The notes: generated by a model not told the origin, from the letters alone. A stretch of DNA of 64,000 nucleotides from Dehalococcoidia bacterium (GCA_965197585.1 OZ240215.1:1952001-2016000), one strand, 5' to 3'; counted from the first letter of the stretch, positions 8,341 to 18,873 are shown. Numbers and translations: made by a program.

Positions 8341-9255
8341 TTACCCCACTGCTGGCGCCGCCTCTCGACTCAGGACACCTAAGTCGCTCATCAGGACTTC
8401 CAGCCTGGACTCCTGCTCTGCAGTCAACGACCTGAACGGCGCCCGAGGCACCCCAATGTCAACTCCGGCCATCGCTGTCGCCACCTTGGCCGTTGCAGCA
8501 TAACCCTCGGTCTCGAAGAAGTGGTTCAAGCGATACAAGGGCCTCCAAAGCTCTCGGGCTGCGTGCCAGTCCTTCTTCTCCACAATCAGTTCGTACAACT
8601 GCACACAGAGGCCCGGAGTCGCATTAGCGACACCCCAGACACATCCTTTGGCCCCGTGAAGAAGTCCGGCCATGGAGCCCGTGTCCGAACCATTGAAGAT
8701 GATCAGGTCTTCGGACCTCTCTTCGAGCACCCGCTGGAATTGTACCAGGTCTCCGGTGGAGTCCTTGATCATCTGGACGTTGGGGATTTCCACCAGTCGA
8801 GCCAGGACTTCGGGGGTCAGGTTAACCTTGGAATGTGCGGGAATGTTGTAGACCATGATCGGCAGGGGTACTGCGTCGTTGATTGCCTGGTAGTGATCTA
8901 CAAGCTCCTCGGTGCTGGGCACTTCGTAGAAGGGAGGCACGACCATTAACGCCTCGCACCCGACCGCCTCTGCGTGCTTGCTCAACTCGATCACTTCCCA
9001 GGTGCTGCAAGCCCCCGTGTGGGCCATAACCGGGACCCGGCCCGCCACCTGCTCGACGGTCAACTCGGTAACCCGTTTGCGCTCCTCGAAGCTGAGGCTT
9101 GCAAACTCTCCTGTGCCGCCACACGGAATGATGCCGTGTACGCCGTTCTCCAACTGGAAATCGATGAGCCGCCTCAGGCTGCTTTCATCAATGCTCTGGT
9201 CTACGCGAGAGAAGGGGGTACAGATAGGTGTGAAGATTCCTTTAAATTTGCTCAC
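8341..9255 (-). CDS. Dihydrodipicolinate synthase family aldolase/lyase
   Basis: GGTGEF, YNIP, IKDS (Schiff-base Lys). Confidence 0.92.
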   Translation of the reverse strand: MSKFKGIFTPICTPFSRVDQSIDESSLRRLIDFQLENGVHGIIPCGGTGEFASLSFEERKRVTELTVEQVAGRVPVMAHTGACSTWEVIELSKHAEAVGCEALMVVPPFYEVPSTEELVDHYQAINDAVPLPIMVYNIPAHSKVNLTPEVLARLVEIPNVQMIKDSTGDLVQFQRVLEERSEDLIIFNGSDTGSMAGLLHGAKGCVWGVANATPGLCVQLYELIVEKKDWHAARELWRPLYRLNHFFETEGYAATAKVATAMAGVDIGVPRAPFRSLTAEQESRLEVLMSDLGVLSREAAPAVG

Positions 9256-9412
9256 GGGCGCTCCTCCTTGGTTCAGGCGGTCGACTAGCGACCTCTTGGG
9301 TTAATTGATGGGGTAATGCTAACAAAGGCCCCGTCCCCTGACAACTCCAATGTTCGCCATGCTAGAATCAGTCGCCAAGATCGAAGCAATACCCACTTAT
9401 TGGAGGTCAGAA

Positions 9413-9883
9413 ATGAGAGTTGAGCAGAGACTAAACGAGTTAGGCATTACCCTGCCCGAAGTGAGAACTCCGGTCGGCAACTACGTTCCGAGCGTGAGGA
9501 CAGGTAACCTTCTCTACGTTTCAGGCCACATCGGCGACCTTAAAGATGCTCTGGGCCAGCTGGGAACCGACGTAACGGTGCAAGAGGGCTACCAGGCAGC
9601 TCGAAAGACGGGCATCGCTCTCCTGGGCACAGTGAAGGGCGCCATCGGGGACTTGGACAAGGTGAAACAGGTGGTTAAGCTGCTGTGCATGGTTAACGGC
9701 GCCGTTGGGTTCGCTAAGCACCCGGCGGTGGCTAATGGGTGCTCCGACCTTCTGGTCGAGGTGTTCGGGGAAAAGGGCCGGCATGCCAGGTCGGCCGTGG
9801 GTTTCTCCGGGCTCCCAGGTAACGGCTGCATCGAGATCGAGATGATCCTCGAACTCGAAGATGAGGATTCCATCACATACTAA
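9413..9883 (+). CDS. RidA/YjgF family protein
   Basis: GNYVP, VSGH, NGCSDL, HARSAVG; GGAGG RBS before ATG 9413. Confidence 0.92.
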   Translation: MRVEQRLNELGITLPEVRTPVGNYVPSVRTGNLLYVSGHIGDLKDALGQLGTDVTVQEGYQAARKTGIALLGTVKGAIGDLDKVKQVVKLLCMVNGAVGFAKHPAVANGCSDLLVEVFGEKGRHARSAVGFSGLPGNGCIEIEMILELEDEDSITY

Positions 9884-9918
9884 AGTCTCGGCCCTCTCCC
9901 CCTGGAAACGACTCTTAA

Positions 9919-9950
9919 ATCGGCCGGTGGCCCTAGGGCCACCGGCCGAT
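9919..9950. repeat. Perfect 32-bp palindrome
   Basis: atcggccggtggccct|agggccaccggccgat. Confidence 0.9.
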
Positions 9951-10009
9951 CTAGCCAGGTGGCAGAGATACTATGAGTTATGCCCAGAGTGGTAAGAATG
10001 GTTGAACAT

Positions 10010-10145
10010 TTAACCCTCAACGTTAAGAACGTAAAGGGTTATCCGGCATGGCCAACATAGCATCCGAATAAACCTGCAATGGCGGCTCTGCTTCCGATGG
10101 ACGGAAAGTGGAGCAATGGAAATCGAGATAGTTGACTATCACTGA
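10010..10145 (+). pseudogene. higB: HigB (RelE/ParE) toxin remnant
   Basis: GQHSIRINLQWRLCFRW...EIEIVDYH* from 10050; upstream frameshift, N-terminus absent. Confidence 0.75.
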
Positions 10146-10155
10146 GGAGCGCTCC

Positions 10156-10440
10156 ATGGATATCAGTTCGCCAATACATCCGGGGGAGCACCTCGCAGAA
10201 ATCATCGACGAACTTGGTATTAGTCAGTATCGTCTCGCCGTGACCATCGGCGTCCCACCACGCCGGATTAACGAGATTGTCCACGGCCGACGCTCCATCA
10301 CCGCAGACACCGCACTGCGCCTGGGTAAGGCCCTTCGCATGACTCCCGAGTTTTGGCTCAATCTCCAGCGAATGTTTGACCTGGACGTAGCAAACGCAAC
10401 CACGGATACGTCCGACATAAGGCCTCTCATACTGGGCTGA
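10156..10440 (+). CDS. higA: HigA family addiction module antitoxin (HTH)
   Basis: HPGEHL, RRINEIVHGRRSITADTALRL, PEFWLNLQ. Confidence 0.92.
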   Translation: MDISSPIHPGEHLAEIIDELGISQYRLAVTIGVPPRRINEIVHGRRSITADTALRLGKALRMTPEFWLNLQRMFDLDVANATTDTSDIRPLILG

Positions 10441-10477
10441 GAGACTTGGCCTGAAGGGAGTCGGGCAATACTGCCGC

Positions 10478-13162
10478 CTAGCTCCCGATACCCATTAGCT
10501 GCCGTAACACGTACTGGAGCACGCCCCCGTGCCTGTAGTATTCCAACTCTATCGGCACGTCAATTCGTGTGATAACGGAAAACGACTTCACGGTGCGGTC
10601 CTCCGCCGTCGCAGTCACCGTCAACTCCTTGCCCACCGAGAGCCCGTCGGCTATCCCCTCTATGTCGTACGTCTCTTCGCCCGTGAGCCCGAGGCTTTCA
10701 GCGCTGTGCCCGGACTTGTATTGAAGCGGCAGCACACCCATTCCTACCAAATTGCTGCGATGAATCCTCTCGTAGCTTTCCGCGAGCGTTGCTTTTATGC
10801 CCAGCAGGTAGGGCCCTTTCGCCGCCCAGTCTCGAGAGCTACCCGACCCGTATTCCTTACCAGCCAGTACAAGAGTCGGCACCCCTTCCCGCTTGTACTC
10901 CTCCGACGCCTCGTAGATGTTCATGTCCATCCCGTCAGGCAGATGCCGCGTCCACCCACCCTCCGTGCCCGGGGCCATCTGGTTCCGAAGTCGCACGTTG
11001 GCAAAAGTGCCCCGCATCATCACCTCGTGATTTCCCCGCCGAGCCCCGTATGCGTTGAACTGTGCAACCGGGACGTTCTTATCGGTAAGGTAGTAGCCGG
11101 CCGGGCTCTTGGCCTGGATGCCTCCTGCCGGCGAGATGTGGTCAGTCGTGATAGAGTCGCCAACCTTTACCAGCACCCTGGCCCTTGCTATGTCTTGAGT
11201 CTCTGATGGGGCATCAGCCAGGTTGCGGAATATCGGGAGTTCCTTCACGTAGGTCGAGTCCCGGTCCCATTGATATACAGCCCCTTCTGGTACGGGCAAT
11301 TCCCGCCACCTCTGGTCCCCTTCGAAAACTTTGCCGTATCTGTCTCCAAAAATCTCGGGATTCAGGGCCGCTGCCAGAGTTTCCCTCACTTCCTGCTGGC
11401 TGGGCCAAAGGTCTTTCAAATATACGGGTTGGCCGTTAGAGCCTGTGCCAAGGGGTTCCGTGGTCAGATCGATGTCCACCCGACCCGCCAGCGCAAACGC
11501 TACTACAAGCATAGGCGAGGCCAGATAGTTAGCCTTGACCGCGGGATGCACCCGACCCTCAAAGTTCCGATTCCCGCTCAGCACCGAGGCCGCTATCAGA
11601 TCACCTTGCGCAATGTCTGCAGAGACCGACTCCGATAAAGGCCCGCTGTTTCCTATGCAGGTGGTACACCCATACCCAACTATGTGAAACCGCAGATCTT
11701 CCAGATATTTCAGCACCCCCGACGCCGAGAGGTAATCTTCAACGACCCGGGACCCGGGAGCCATGCTAGTCTTCACCCAGGGCTTAGTCTCCAACCCTCG
11801 CTCGACCGCCTTTTTCGCCAGCAGCCCCGCACCCACCATCACCGAGGGGTTGGATGTGTTCGTACAACTGGTTATCGCAGCAATAACTACCGACCCATGG
11901 TCTAGTCCATCTTGCGATGCCCCTCCGTTTGAGGCAGCACCCTCCTTACCGTACACCTTGCCCAAGTTGTCTACGAACGCCTCTTTCATATCCCGTAGTC
12001 TCACCTTGTCCTGGGGCCTCTTAGGCCCGGCCAGGCTCGGCTCAACATAGGAGAGGTCTAATTCCAATAGGTCGGTGAAAAGAGGTTCAGGTGAATCGTC
12101 GGTCCTGAATACACCTTGGGCCTTGGAATACTCCTCCACTAGGCTGACCTGATCTTTCTCCCGCCCGGTCCCCGACAGATAGGCCAAGGTCTCGGAGTCT
12201 ACTGGGAAGAACCCGACGGTCGCGCCGTACTCGGGGGCCATGTTCGCAATGGTCGCTCTATCCGGCAGGGACAAGTTGGAGAGACCGGTGCCGCAGAACT
12301 CTACGAACTTCCCGACCACGCCCCTCTTCCGCAGCATCTGCACTACCGTCAGTACGAGGTCCGTGGCAGTTGCCCCTTCCGGCAAGGCTCCCGTCAGGCG
12401 GAACCCAACCACATCCGGCAAGAGCATGTAATAGGGCTGCCCGAGCAATACAGCCTCGGCTTCAATTCCACCCACCCCCCACCCCAAAACCCCGAGTCCG
12501 TTGATCATCGTCGTGTGCGAATCGGTGCCGATGAGCGTATCGGGGAAGGCCGTTCTCTCACCGTCTGAGCCCCGAGAGGCCACTACAGTTGCTAGATATT
12601 CCAAGTTGACCTGGTGGACTATGCCCGCCCCAGGTGGCACGACGCGCAGGTTGTCAAATGCCGACTGCGCCCAACGCAGAAGTCCGTACCTCTCCCCGTT
12701 GCGTCCGTACTCTCGGTCGACGTTTCGAGCCAATGCCGTGGACGTACCCGCAAAGTCAACTTGGACTGAGTGGTCAATAACGAGATCCACCGGGACTATG
12801 GGATTGATCTGTTGGGGGTCACCGCCCCGCCTCGCCACCTCGGCCCGCATCGCCGTAAGGTCCACGACTGCAGGCACTCCGGTGAAGTCCTGCATCAAAA
12901 CCCGAGACGGCATGAATGGGATGTCCCCCCGAACTGCATTTTTGGGAGACCATCTCCCAACCGTCTCCACATCCTCCCAGGTGACCGTGCCGTTCCCTGA
13001 ATGTCTGAGAACATTTTCCAGCAACACCCGTATGGTAAACGGCAGCGATGCAAGGTCTATATTGAGTTCTTTAGCCGCCGCATTAAGGTCGTAATAGGTG
13101 AAGGGCCCGTTTGGGATATCGAGGGTCTTATTGGCCTGAAATAAGTCGCGATTATCTGTCAT
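10478..13162 (-). CDS. acnA: Aconitate hydratase A
   Basis: QDFTGVP, DSHTT, ITSCTNTSNP, GCTTCIGNSG, TTDHISP, GSSRDWAAKG. Confidence 0.98.
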   Translation of the reverse strand: MTDNRDLFQANKTLDIPNGPFTYYDLNAAAKELNIDLASLPFTIRVLLENVLRHSGNGTVTWEDVETVGRWSPKNAVRGDIPFMPSRVLMQDFTGVPAVVDLTAMRAEVARRGGDPQQINPIVPVDLVIDHSVQVDFAGTSTALARNVDREYGRNGERYGLLRWAQSAFDNLRVVPPGAGIVHQVNLEYLATVVASRGSDGERTAFPDTLIGTDSHTTMINGLGVLGWGVGGIEAEAVLLGQPYYMLLPDVVGFRLTGALPEGATATDLVLTVVQMLRKRGVVGKFVEFCGTGLSNLSLPDRATIANMAPEYGATVGFFPVDSETLAYLSGTGREKDQVSLVEEYSKAQGVFRTDDSPEPLFTDLLELDLSYVEPSLAGPKRPQDKVRLRDMKEAFVDNLGKVYGKEGAASNGGASQDGLDHGSVVIAAITSCTNTSNPSVMVGAGLLAKKAVERGLETKPWVKTSMAPGSRVVEDYLSASGVLKYLEDLRFHIVGYGCTTCIGNSGPLSESVSADIAQGDLIAASVLSGNRNFEGRVHPAVKANYLASPMLVVAFALAGRVDIDLTTEPLGTGSNGQPVYLKDLWPSQQEVRETLAAALNPEIFGDRYGKVFEGDQRWRELPVPEGAVYQWDRDSTYVKELPIFRNLADAPSETQDIARARVLVKVGDSITTDHISPAGGIQAKSPAGYYLTDKNVPVAQFNAYGARRGNHEVMMRGTFANVRLRNQMAPGTEGGWTRHLPDGMDMNIYEASEEYKREGVPTLVLAGKEYGSGSSRDWAAKGPYLLGIKATLAESYERIHRSNLVGMGVLPLQYKSGHSAESLGLTGEETYDIEGIADGLSVGKELTVTATAEDRTVKSFSVITRIDVPIELEYYRHGGVLQYVLRQLMGIGS

Positions 13163-13244
13163 GTCAGTCTCGTTTAAGAAGATTTTGGCCAGGTTCCCGG
13201 GCCTGATGCCAGCGACGGTGAGTATATCACGGCTACCGATACGG

Positions 13245-14621
13245 TTATGTTAATTCACGCTCCACGTCAGTAAGCACCCTGTCCACCCGCTCCACCACAA
13301 AGTCAATCTCCTCACGCGTAACGATCAGGGGAGGAATCAGGAAGATTATGTCCCCTCTCTGGCGGGCCAAGAGCCCGTGCCGTAGGAAAGCCGCCGTGAT
13401 CCTTCGCCCCAGGCCCGAATCGGCAGGAAACCGCTCTCTCGTATTCCGGTCCTTCACCAGCTCGATGCCGCAGAGCAACCCTAGCCCTCCACGCACGTCT
13501 CCCACTATTGGGTGTTCGCACAGCGTTTGGAGTTGATCGTACATGTACGACCCCATCGTCGCGGCATTCTCTACCAAGCCTTCTCTTTCCAGGATGTCCA
13601 GGTTGGCCAACGCAGCGGCGCAGGCCGCCGGATGTCCGCCGAAGGTAAAGATGTGCCGGAACATCTCGCGGTTCCCGCCTACGAACGTATCCGCAACACG
13701 CCTGGAGGCTATCGCCGCGCCGATGGGCTGGTACCCGCTCGAAAGCCCCTTGGCCCCGACAAGAATGTCCGGTACAAGACCCCAGTGGTCCGATGCGAAC
13801 ATCTTCCCAGTTCTGCCAAACCCCGTTACCACTTCGTCGGCAATGATCAGGACCCCATAGCGGTCGCATATCGATCTGACTGTGGGCCAGTAGTCTGCAT
13901 GAGGAATAGTGCAAGTTGCCGCCGAAAGAGGTTCGGCCACGAACGCAGCCACCAGCTCCGGACCCTCTTCAAGGATCGCCCTCTCGACGTCCTGCCCACA
14001 TTCCAGCGTACACTGACCTCGCTGACTGCAATACAAACACCGGTACGGATTGGGCATGGATATGTGGACGTTGCCCGGTATCAGAGGCCCGAAGTCCTTG
14101 TCCCCCGCCCCCACCCCGCCTCCCAGGCTGATAGTCGCCAGGGTGCCTCCGTGGTAGGAGCCTGTCCGGCTAATAACTTTGTACCGGCCTGGCTCACCCC
14201 TCAACTTGTGGTACTTCTTGGCCATCTTCAAGGCCGTTTCGATACCTTCCGAACCACCGCTCACCAGAAATACCCGAGAGTCTTTATCCGGGGCCAGGGC
14301 TGCAAGCCTATCGCTGAGGCGAATGGCCGGCTCGCTAGTCGTGTGCTCGGGGGCGTAGCTTAACTTCAGCAGCTGCTCGTATACGGCTTCCGCTATCTCC
14401 TTCCGGCCATACCCAACGTTCTGTAGCTGCATCCCGGATATAAGGTCGAAATAGCGGTTGCCTTGAATGTCCTCCACCCAGCACCCCTCTCCCTTCTCGA
14501 CAACGTGAAGGCCGCCGGGCTGCGATAGCTCGGCCACCTGCTGGGAGTGGGGCCAGAAATGCTCGACGGCCATTTGCTGCAGCCTGTCGAATTGCTCGGA
14601 TGGGCTTGAGGAATAGGCCAT
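13245..14621 (-). CDS. Class III (omega-amino acid) aminotransferase
   Basis: SYHGGT, ADEVVTGFGRTG, AKGLSSGY, TFGGHP. Confidence 0.93.
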   Translation of the reverse strand: MAYSSSPSEQFDRLQQMAVEHFWPHSQQVAELSQPGGLHVVEKGEGCWVEDIQGNRYFDLISGMQLQNVGYGRKEIAEAVYEQLLKLSYAPEHTTSEPAIRLSDRLAALAPDKDSRVFLVSGGSEGIETALKMAKKYHKLRGEPGRYKVISRTGSYHGGTLATISLGGGVGAGDKDFGPLIPGNVHISMPNPYRCLYCSQRGQCTLECGQDVERAILEEGPELVAAFVAEPLSAATCTIPHADYWPTVRSICDRYGVLIIADEVVTGFGRTGKMFASDHWGLVPDILVGAKGLSSGYQPIGAAIASRRVADTFVGGNREMFRHIFTFGGHPAACAAALANLDILEREGLVENAATMGSYMYDQLQTLCEHPIVGDVRGGLGLLCGIELVKDRNTRERFPADSGLGRRITAAFLRHGLLARQRGDIIFLIPPLIVTREEIDFVVERVDRVLTDVERELT

Positions 14622-14717
14622 AATGATGCTCCTTGAGCGGCGGCGACCAAAGCTATACGCGGCAAAGGACGCAGTTTAACCAATGAGGGAACAAGGGTGT
14701 GACCAAACGAATAAGGC

Positions 14718-14836
14718 ACCCGGCAGCGTCCTATTTTCCACGGAGGGTCGCCCCTCTAGTATCGTCGGCGCAGAGGTGTTTCACTTCCGTGTTCGGAATG
14801 AGAACGGGTGGGCCCACCTCGCTATAGCCACCGCAG
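14718..14836 (-). rRNA. rrf: 5S rRNA (stand-alone)
   Basis: Reverse strand: gcggtggctatagcgagg...cacccgttctcattccgaacacggaagtgaa...cgccgacgatact...ggaaaataggacgctgccg. Confidence 0.95.
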
Positions 14837-14855
14837 TGCCTTCATTCAGCGTGGA

Positions 14856-14884
14856 ATGCTAGCATGATCAACTATTCTGGTCAA
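14856..14884 (-). promoter_or_regulatory. Promoter of 5S rRNA, TTGACC-17-TAGCAT (extended -10)
   Basis: Near-consensus, about 20 nt upstream of the 5S. Confidence 0.6.
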
Positions 14885-14959
14885 GTTGATGCAGTCTTTG
14901 GGGTTGTTCCGCTTTGGCCATATTTTTCCTAGGACTCGGCATCATAAAGACTGTCACGG

Positions 14960-15754
14960 CTAGTAGTAATCTGCTAGGCAGATGCGAAGGTCCTCATAGG
15001 CAGTCTCAAAGCCCGTTACATCAAAAATAGCCTCAGTTTTCTCGCCTTCGCCATCATCTACATTGAGGCCGAAATATTGGCCATTCCGTTCAGCTTGTTT
15101 GATCAACTCGATCAATTCATCGAATTCCGGATTCAGATCGAATGCGTCAAACCAACCAGGTCGCTCGCATAGCGCACAAACCGCGATTATGCCCGAATGC
15201 CTCCCCTCGGCCAGAAACGATGCCATATGCGTTACGACCCCGTTGTGGTCGGACAGATAGGCCTTAAGCGTAACCTGATCATGCCTGTAGTCATCGTACT
15301 GAGGCCAGGGACCACTTCTATCCAGTTCAACAAACTCCGAAAGCGAGTTGCGGACCGCTGGGTTCCGCCAGACATCTACCGAGAGCGTGGGGCGCCCAAG
15401 GGTTTCCGAGGTTATGGCTGTCTCATGGACGTAGTCCTGAGCATCGAGGGTTATGAATGGAAGAGAATGGCTCTCGTCCAGAGTCCACTGACCTGCTACG
15501 TTCTTCGTCCGCACCCGACAAGATATCGGCGTAGGTGTAATGGTCGGCAGCGGCGAGGGTATCGGCGTGATGGTCGGCAACGGCGTGAGAGTCGGCATAG
15601 GCTCAGGTGTCATGGTGGCGACCGCAGTGGGCTTGGGCGTGTCCGTCGGAGACAGCGTAGGAGTTACCGGCATAGCACAGGTCAGCATCAGGCCCAGCAG
15701 GGATAGGAATGCACCAACGCGCAACAGCTCACACCCGCTCGGAGGCTTTGTCAT
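14960..15754 (-). CDS. Hypothetical lipoprotein with Pro/Thr-rich linker
   Basis: Hydrophobic signal ending MLTC, then TPTP-type repeats. Confidence 0.65.
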   Translation of the reverse strand: MTKPPSGCELLRVGAFLSLLGLMLTCAMPVTPTLSPTDTPKPTAVATMTPEPMPTLTPLPTITPIPSPLPTITPTPISCRVRTKNVAGQWTLDESHSLPFITLDAQDYVHETAITSETLGRPTLSVDVWRNPAVRNSLSEFVELDRSGPWPQYDDYRHDQVTLKAYLSDHNGVVTHMASFLAEGRHSGIIAVCALCERPGWFDAFDLNPEFDELIELIKQAERNGQYFGLNVDDGEGEKTEAIFDVTGFETAYEDLRICLADYY

Positions 15755-16065
15755 AAAGACGTTCAGATTGCTCTAACCTTTCTTATGCACGCCCCTTAGT
15801 GAAACCTTAGTACCTTAGTCCACACGAAATTCACGTGGAGGATATGGTGGGAAGAATTGCCATTGCCTACATATCGCAAGCGCATCTTATAGAGAGTCCC
15901 TAGCTCTAGCAAACAGTCTATCTAATTCAGTCAGATCTGCTGGCCAGCCGTTAAAGTTGAATGAGACCACCCAACGGTGATTTGTTGTACCAATACCACA
16001 TAGCTCCTTCTCAGGCCCAGGTGCATTCAAAGAATTCCTTTGCGTGAACGTGATCTAAGAGTCGC

Positions 16066-16359
16066 TCACTCCATCTGATCGATCAACTCCACAGCCCGAG
16101 CCTTGGGAAATGCCTTGAGCGTCGTGAAGCGGATATTCCCCTCCCTACCCGTGCCCATGGAGAACTTCAGCATAGTCTCGTCATCAGGAAACTCAAATAT
16201 GCCCACGAAGTCGTACATACCGAGGGTGAAGTGGATGGATTCAATCTTGCCACCCATCGCCTCCACCCTGGCAGCGGCGCCCGCCATCCTGTCAGGGGCT
16301 GCCTTGACAGCCTGAACGCCCTTGTCAGTGTAGTTCCCTAATACAACGTAGTTCGGCAT
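16066..16359 (-). CDS. GYD domain protein
   Basis: GGKIESIHFTLGMYDFV, GNIRFTTLKAF. Confidence 0.9.
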   Translation of the reverse strand: MPNYVVLGNYTDKGVQAVKAAPDRMAGAAARVEAMGGKIESIHFTLGMYDFVGIFEFPDDETMLKFSMGTGREGNIRFTTLKAFPKARAVELIDQME

Positions 16360-16407
16360 GTGGTGCTCCTTGTAAACGGTCAGTAGACGATTATTCTCTC
16401 GGTTTCC

Positions 16408-17469
16408 TTATCCCGGGCTCGCAAAGGCCAGGGCCCGTGCCGGGTTACCGACCAGTATCTGATCGATCTCCTCTGCCAGAAAACCCTTGCGTCGCATGAT
16501 GGGCTTCACGTTTTCCAGGATATGCGCGTATCCGTGGCCCCCATATTTGGTGAGACGGTGCTTGTTGCAAATATCCTGGGCCATCAGGACCTGACCCAGC
16601 CGACCTTCGTCCCGAAGATGCATGAAAAAATCCAGCCTCTTGCCATCGTTGGGCATGTCGATGGGTGAGAACGGGTAGAAGGTGGTCTCTGAACCGAAGA
16701 GGTCGAACTCGATGAAGCAACCGGTCTCGGCGAGCTTGTCCAAGGTGTCGTTGTCGAAGATTGTGCGATCTACGTGGCTCATTATCGTACGGGTAGGATC
16801 GCCACCCGTCTCCCGGACTATCTCCATTATCTCCAACGGCGCCTGAGGGTTACGCCCTGGATGAATCAACAGAGGAGCCCCTGTTAACCGTTGGGCCCGA
16901 GCCGCGGCCCGAAGGCTCTTCCGCTCATTCTCCTCCAAGGGCCACGAGCACCCTACCTCTCCTATCACCCCCGACCTGATACCCGTGTCCCCAACACCCT
17001 CTGTAATGTCGGAGACAATCTCCTCCACAATCTCATCTTCCGATTTGTCTACGATATTGCTGGGGTGATAATCATGGACGTAGTAGCCGGAGCCCATTAT
17101 CACGTTCAACCCCGTGGCCCGCGCTATTCGTGCCAAGCCCAGTGGGTCCCGCTTTATGCCAACGCTTGTCGCATCGACGATTGTCTGGCCCCCTGACTTC
17201 TTGAACCGGGCCGCCTCAGCTATGGCCGTATCCTCATCCAGGAGCTCCATGTTGTCCTTGTTGCCGCCGTAGTTGTAGCGGACCCACCACAAGTTATCTG
17301 TGGAGACCGGCTGGTAGGCGAAGGAGTAGCTGGTTGCGTCATCCGGGGCACTAAAGGTAGACCCGAGATCGATTAGCAGGTGCTCGTGGGTGAGGGCTAT
17401 CCCAAGCTCTTCTGCGGGCACGGGGCCCAGAACGGTTTGAGCTTTTCCCATCAAGTTGGATTCAGACAT
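16408..17469 (-). CDS. Phosphotriesterase-related protein (PTER/PHP type)
   Basis: QTVLG, THEHL, GVIGEVG (bridging Glu), IHPGR, SHVDR, AQDIC. Confidence 0.92.
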   Translation of the reverse strand: MSESNLMGKAQTVLGPVPAEELGIALTHEHLLIDLGSTFSAPDDATSYSFAYQPVSTDNLWWVRYNYGGNKDNMELLDEDTAIAEAARFKKSGGQTIVDATSVGIKRDPLGLARIARATGLNVIMGSGYYVHDYHPSNIVDKSEDEIVEEIVSDITEGVGDTGIRSGVIGEVGCSWPLEENERKSLRAAARAQRLTGAPLLIHPGRNPQAPLEIMEIVRETGGDPTRTIMSHVDRTIFDNDTLDKLAETGCFIEFDLFGSETTFYPFSPIDMPNDGKRLDFFMHLRDEGRLGQVLMAQDICNKHRLTKYGGHGYAHILENVKPIMRRKGFLAEEIDQILVGNPARALAFASPG

Positions 17470-17574
17470 AGGTATCCTCGGTTTCTGCAGGGTACCCAAT
17501 GCCGGAGCCGTGCCCTGCGACACACCTGGGACTTTCGCAACGGTAAACCGTGCGGTTCAGGCGGAAGGCGGCAG

Positions 17575-18873
17575 TTAACCGCGGGCCTGGTCCAGGGAGT
17601 AGTCCATCGCCTCGATAGTCTTCGCCACGTCCTCGTCGGAGTGGGCGCTGGCTATGTAGTACTTGGAGTCTCCCTTGAGCACTCCCGACTCCAGCATGGC
17701 GTGGTTGAACCGGGACATCATGGCTTTGTCCGCTTTAAGAGTGTCACGATAGTTGTTCACCTCGTCCACCCCGAAGTACACGTCGAAGCAAGGCGCTTCC
17801 CCTACAACCGTGCCCTGGATCTCCTTCTCCTTCAGCATACGGTCAAGCTCGGCCATCAGCTTGTTGCCCGTCTCCCAAATCCGGTCTACCCCACCCTCCC
17901 CCTTCAATATCTTAAGCGTCGCCATGCCGGCTGTTGCCGCTATGGGGTTGCCGCTCAGCGTGCCGACCCCAGGTACGAAGGTGCCTTCTTCTTTGGACAC
18001 GGGGTCAAAGACCCGCATGATCTCTTCTCGGCCCGCTACCGCGGACAGCGGATACCCGCCTCCCACTGCTTTACCGAAGGTGGCCATGTCGGGCGTAACG
18101 CCGTAGTACTCCTGTGCGCCGCCGTAAGACCACCGAAATCCGGTTACAACTTCATCGAAAATCAAGGGAATCTGGTAGTGGCTAGTTATCTCTCGCAATC
18201 CTTGCAGGAAGCCGGGCTTGGGAGGAATGATGCGCTGGCAGCACTCCGTGATAACTGCGCCCAGCTCATCGTGGTGCTTTTCTATCACTGCCTGCGTGGT
18301 CTCGAGGTCGTTGAATGGGCAGACCAGGACCTCGTTCTCAAGGACGGCGGGGATGCCGGCGGAGTTTCGGCTGGGTCGCGGGAACTCCCTCATCTCCGTC
18401 GGAGTTACGCTCATCAGGGCGTAGTCGTTGGTACCGTGGTATCCACCCTCGAACTTCAGGATCTTGTCACGGCCCCGGAAAGCCCGAGCCGCTTTCATTG
18501 CGAAATAGGTTGCCTCGGAGCCGCTGGAGAGGAACCGCACCTGCTCTGCGCACGGGATGGCGTTGACCATCTCCTCCGCCAGCTCTACCGCGGCGCCGTT
18601 AGTCGAAAAGTAGGTGCTCCCCTTGCCTATGACCTCCATTACTGCCGCTACCACGTCCGGGTGCGAGTGTCCTACCAGCATCGGCCCTGAGCCCAACAGG
18701 AAGTCGATGTACTCGTTTCCGCTGTAGTCCCAGACCTTGGAACCCAATGCCTCCTTGATGATCATGGCGTCATCGGGCTTGAAGAATATGTTGCCCGTCG
18801 AACCTCCAGGGAGGTACTTCGCGGCTTTTGCCAGAATAGCTTCCTCTTCGGCTGTCCTCTTCTGTCTCGACAT
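17575..18873 (-). CDS. Class III aminotransferase, glutamate-1-semialdehyde aminomutase-like
   Basis: SGSEA, FEGGYHG, FDEVVTGFR, FGKAVGGG, GTLSGNP. Confidence 0.9.
   Translation of the reverse strand: MSRQKRTAEEEAILAKAAKYLPGGSTGNIFFKPDDAMIIKEALGSKVWDYSGNEYIDFLLGSGPMLVGHSHPDVVAAVMEVIGKGSTYFSTNGAAVELAEEMVNAIPCAEQVRFLSSGSEATYFAMKAARAFRGRDKILKFEGGYHGTNDYALMSVTPTEMREFPRPSRNSAGIPAVLENEVLVCPFNDLETTQAVIEKHHDELGAVITECCQRIIPPKPGFLQGLREITSHYQIPLIFDEVVTGFRWSYGGAQEYYGVTPDMATFGKAVGGGYPLSAVAGREEIMRVFDPVSKEEGTFVPGVGTLSGNPIAATAGMATLKILKGEGGVDRIWETGNKLMAELDRMLKEKEIQGTVVGEAPCFDVYFGVDEVNNYRDTLKADKAMMSRFNHAMLESGVLKGDSKYYIASAHSDEDVAKTIEAMDYSLDQARG

Noticed and set aside
15780-16060. AT-richer spacer with a ~50-codon minus-strand open stretch
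   Set aside because: No convincing start/RBS or recognisable homology; probably a gene relic.
17380-18690. Long antisense ORFs (e.g. 436 aa here; also 13512-14363, 49663-50538, 55242-56093)
   Set aside because: Shadow frames of well-supported genes in high-GC DNA.
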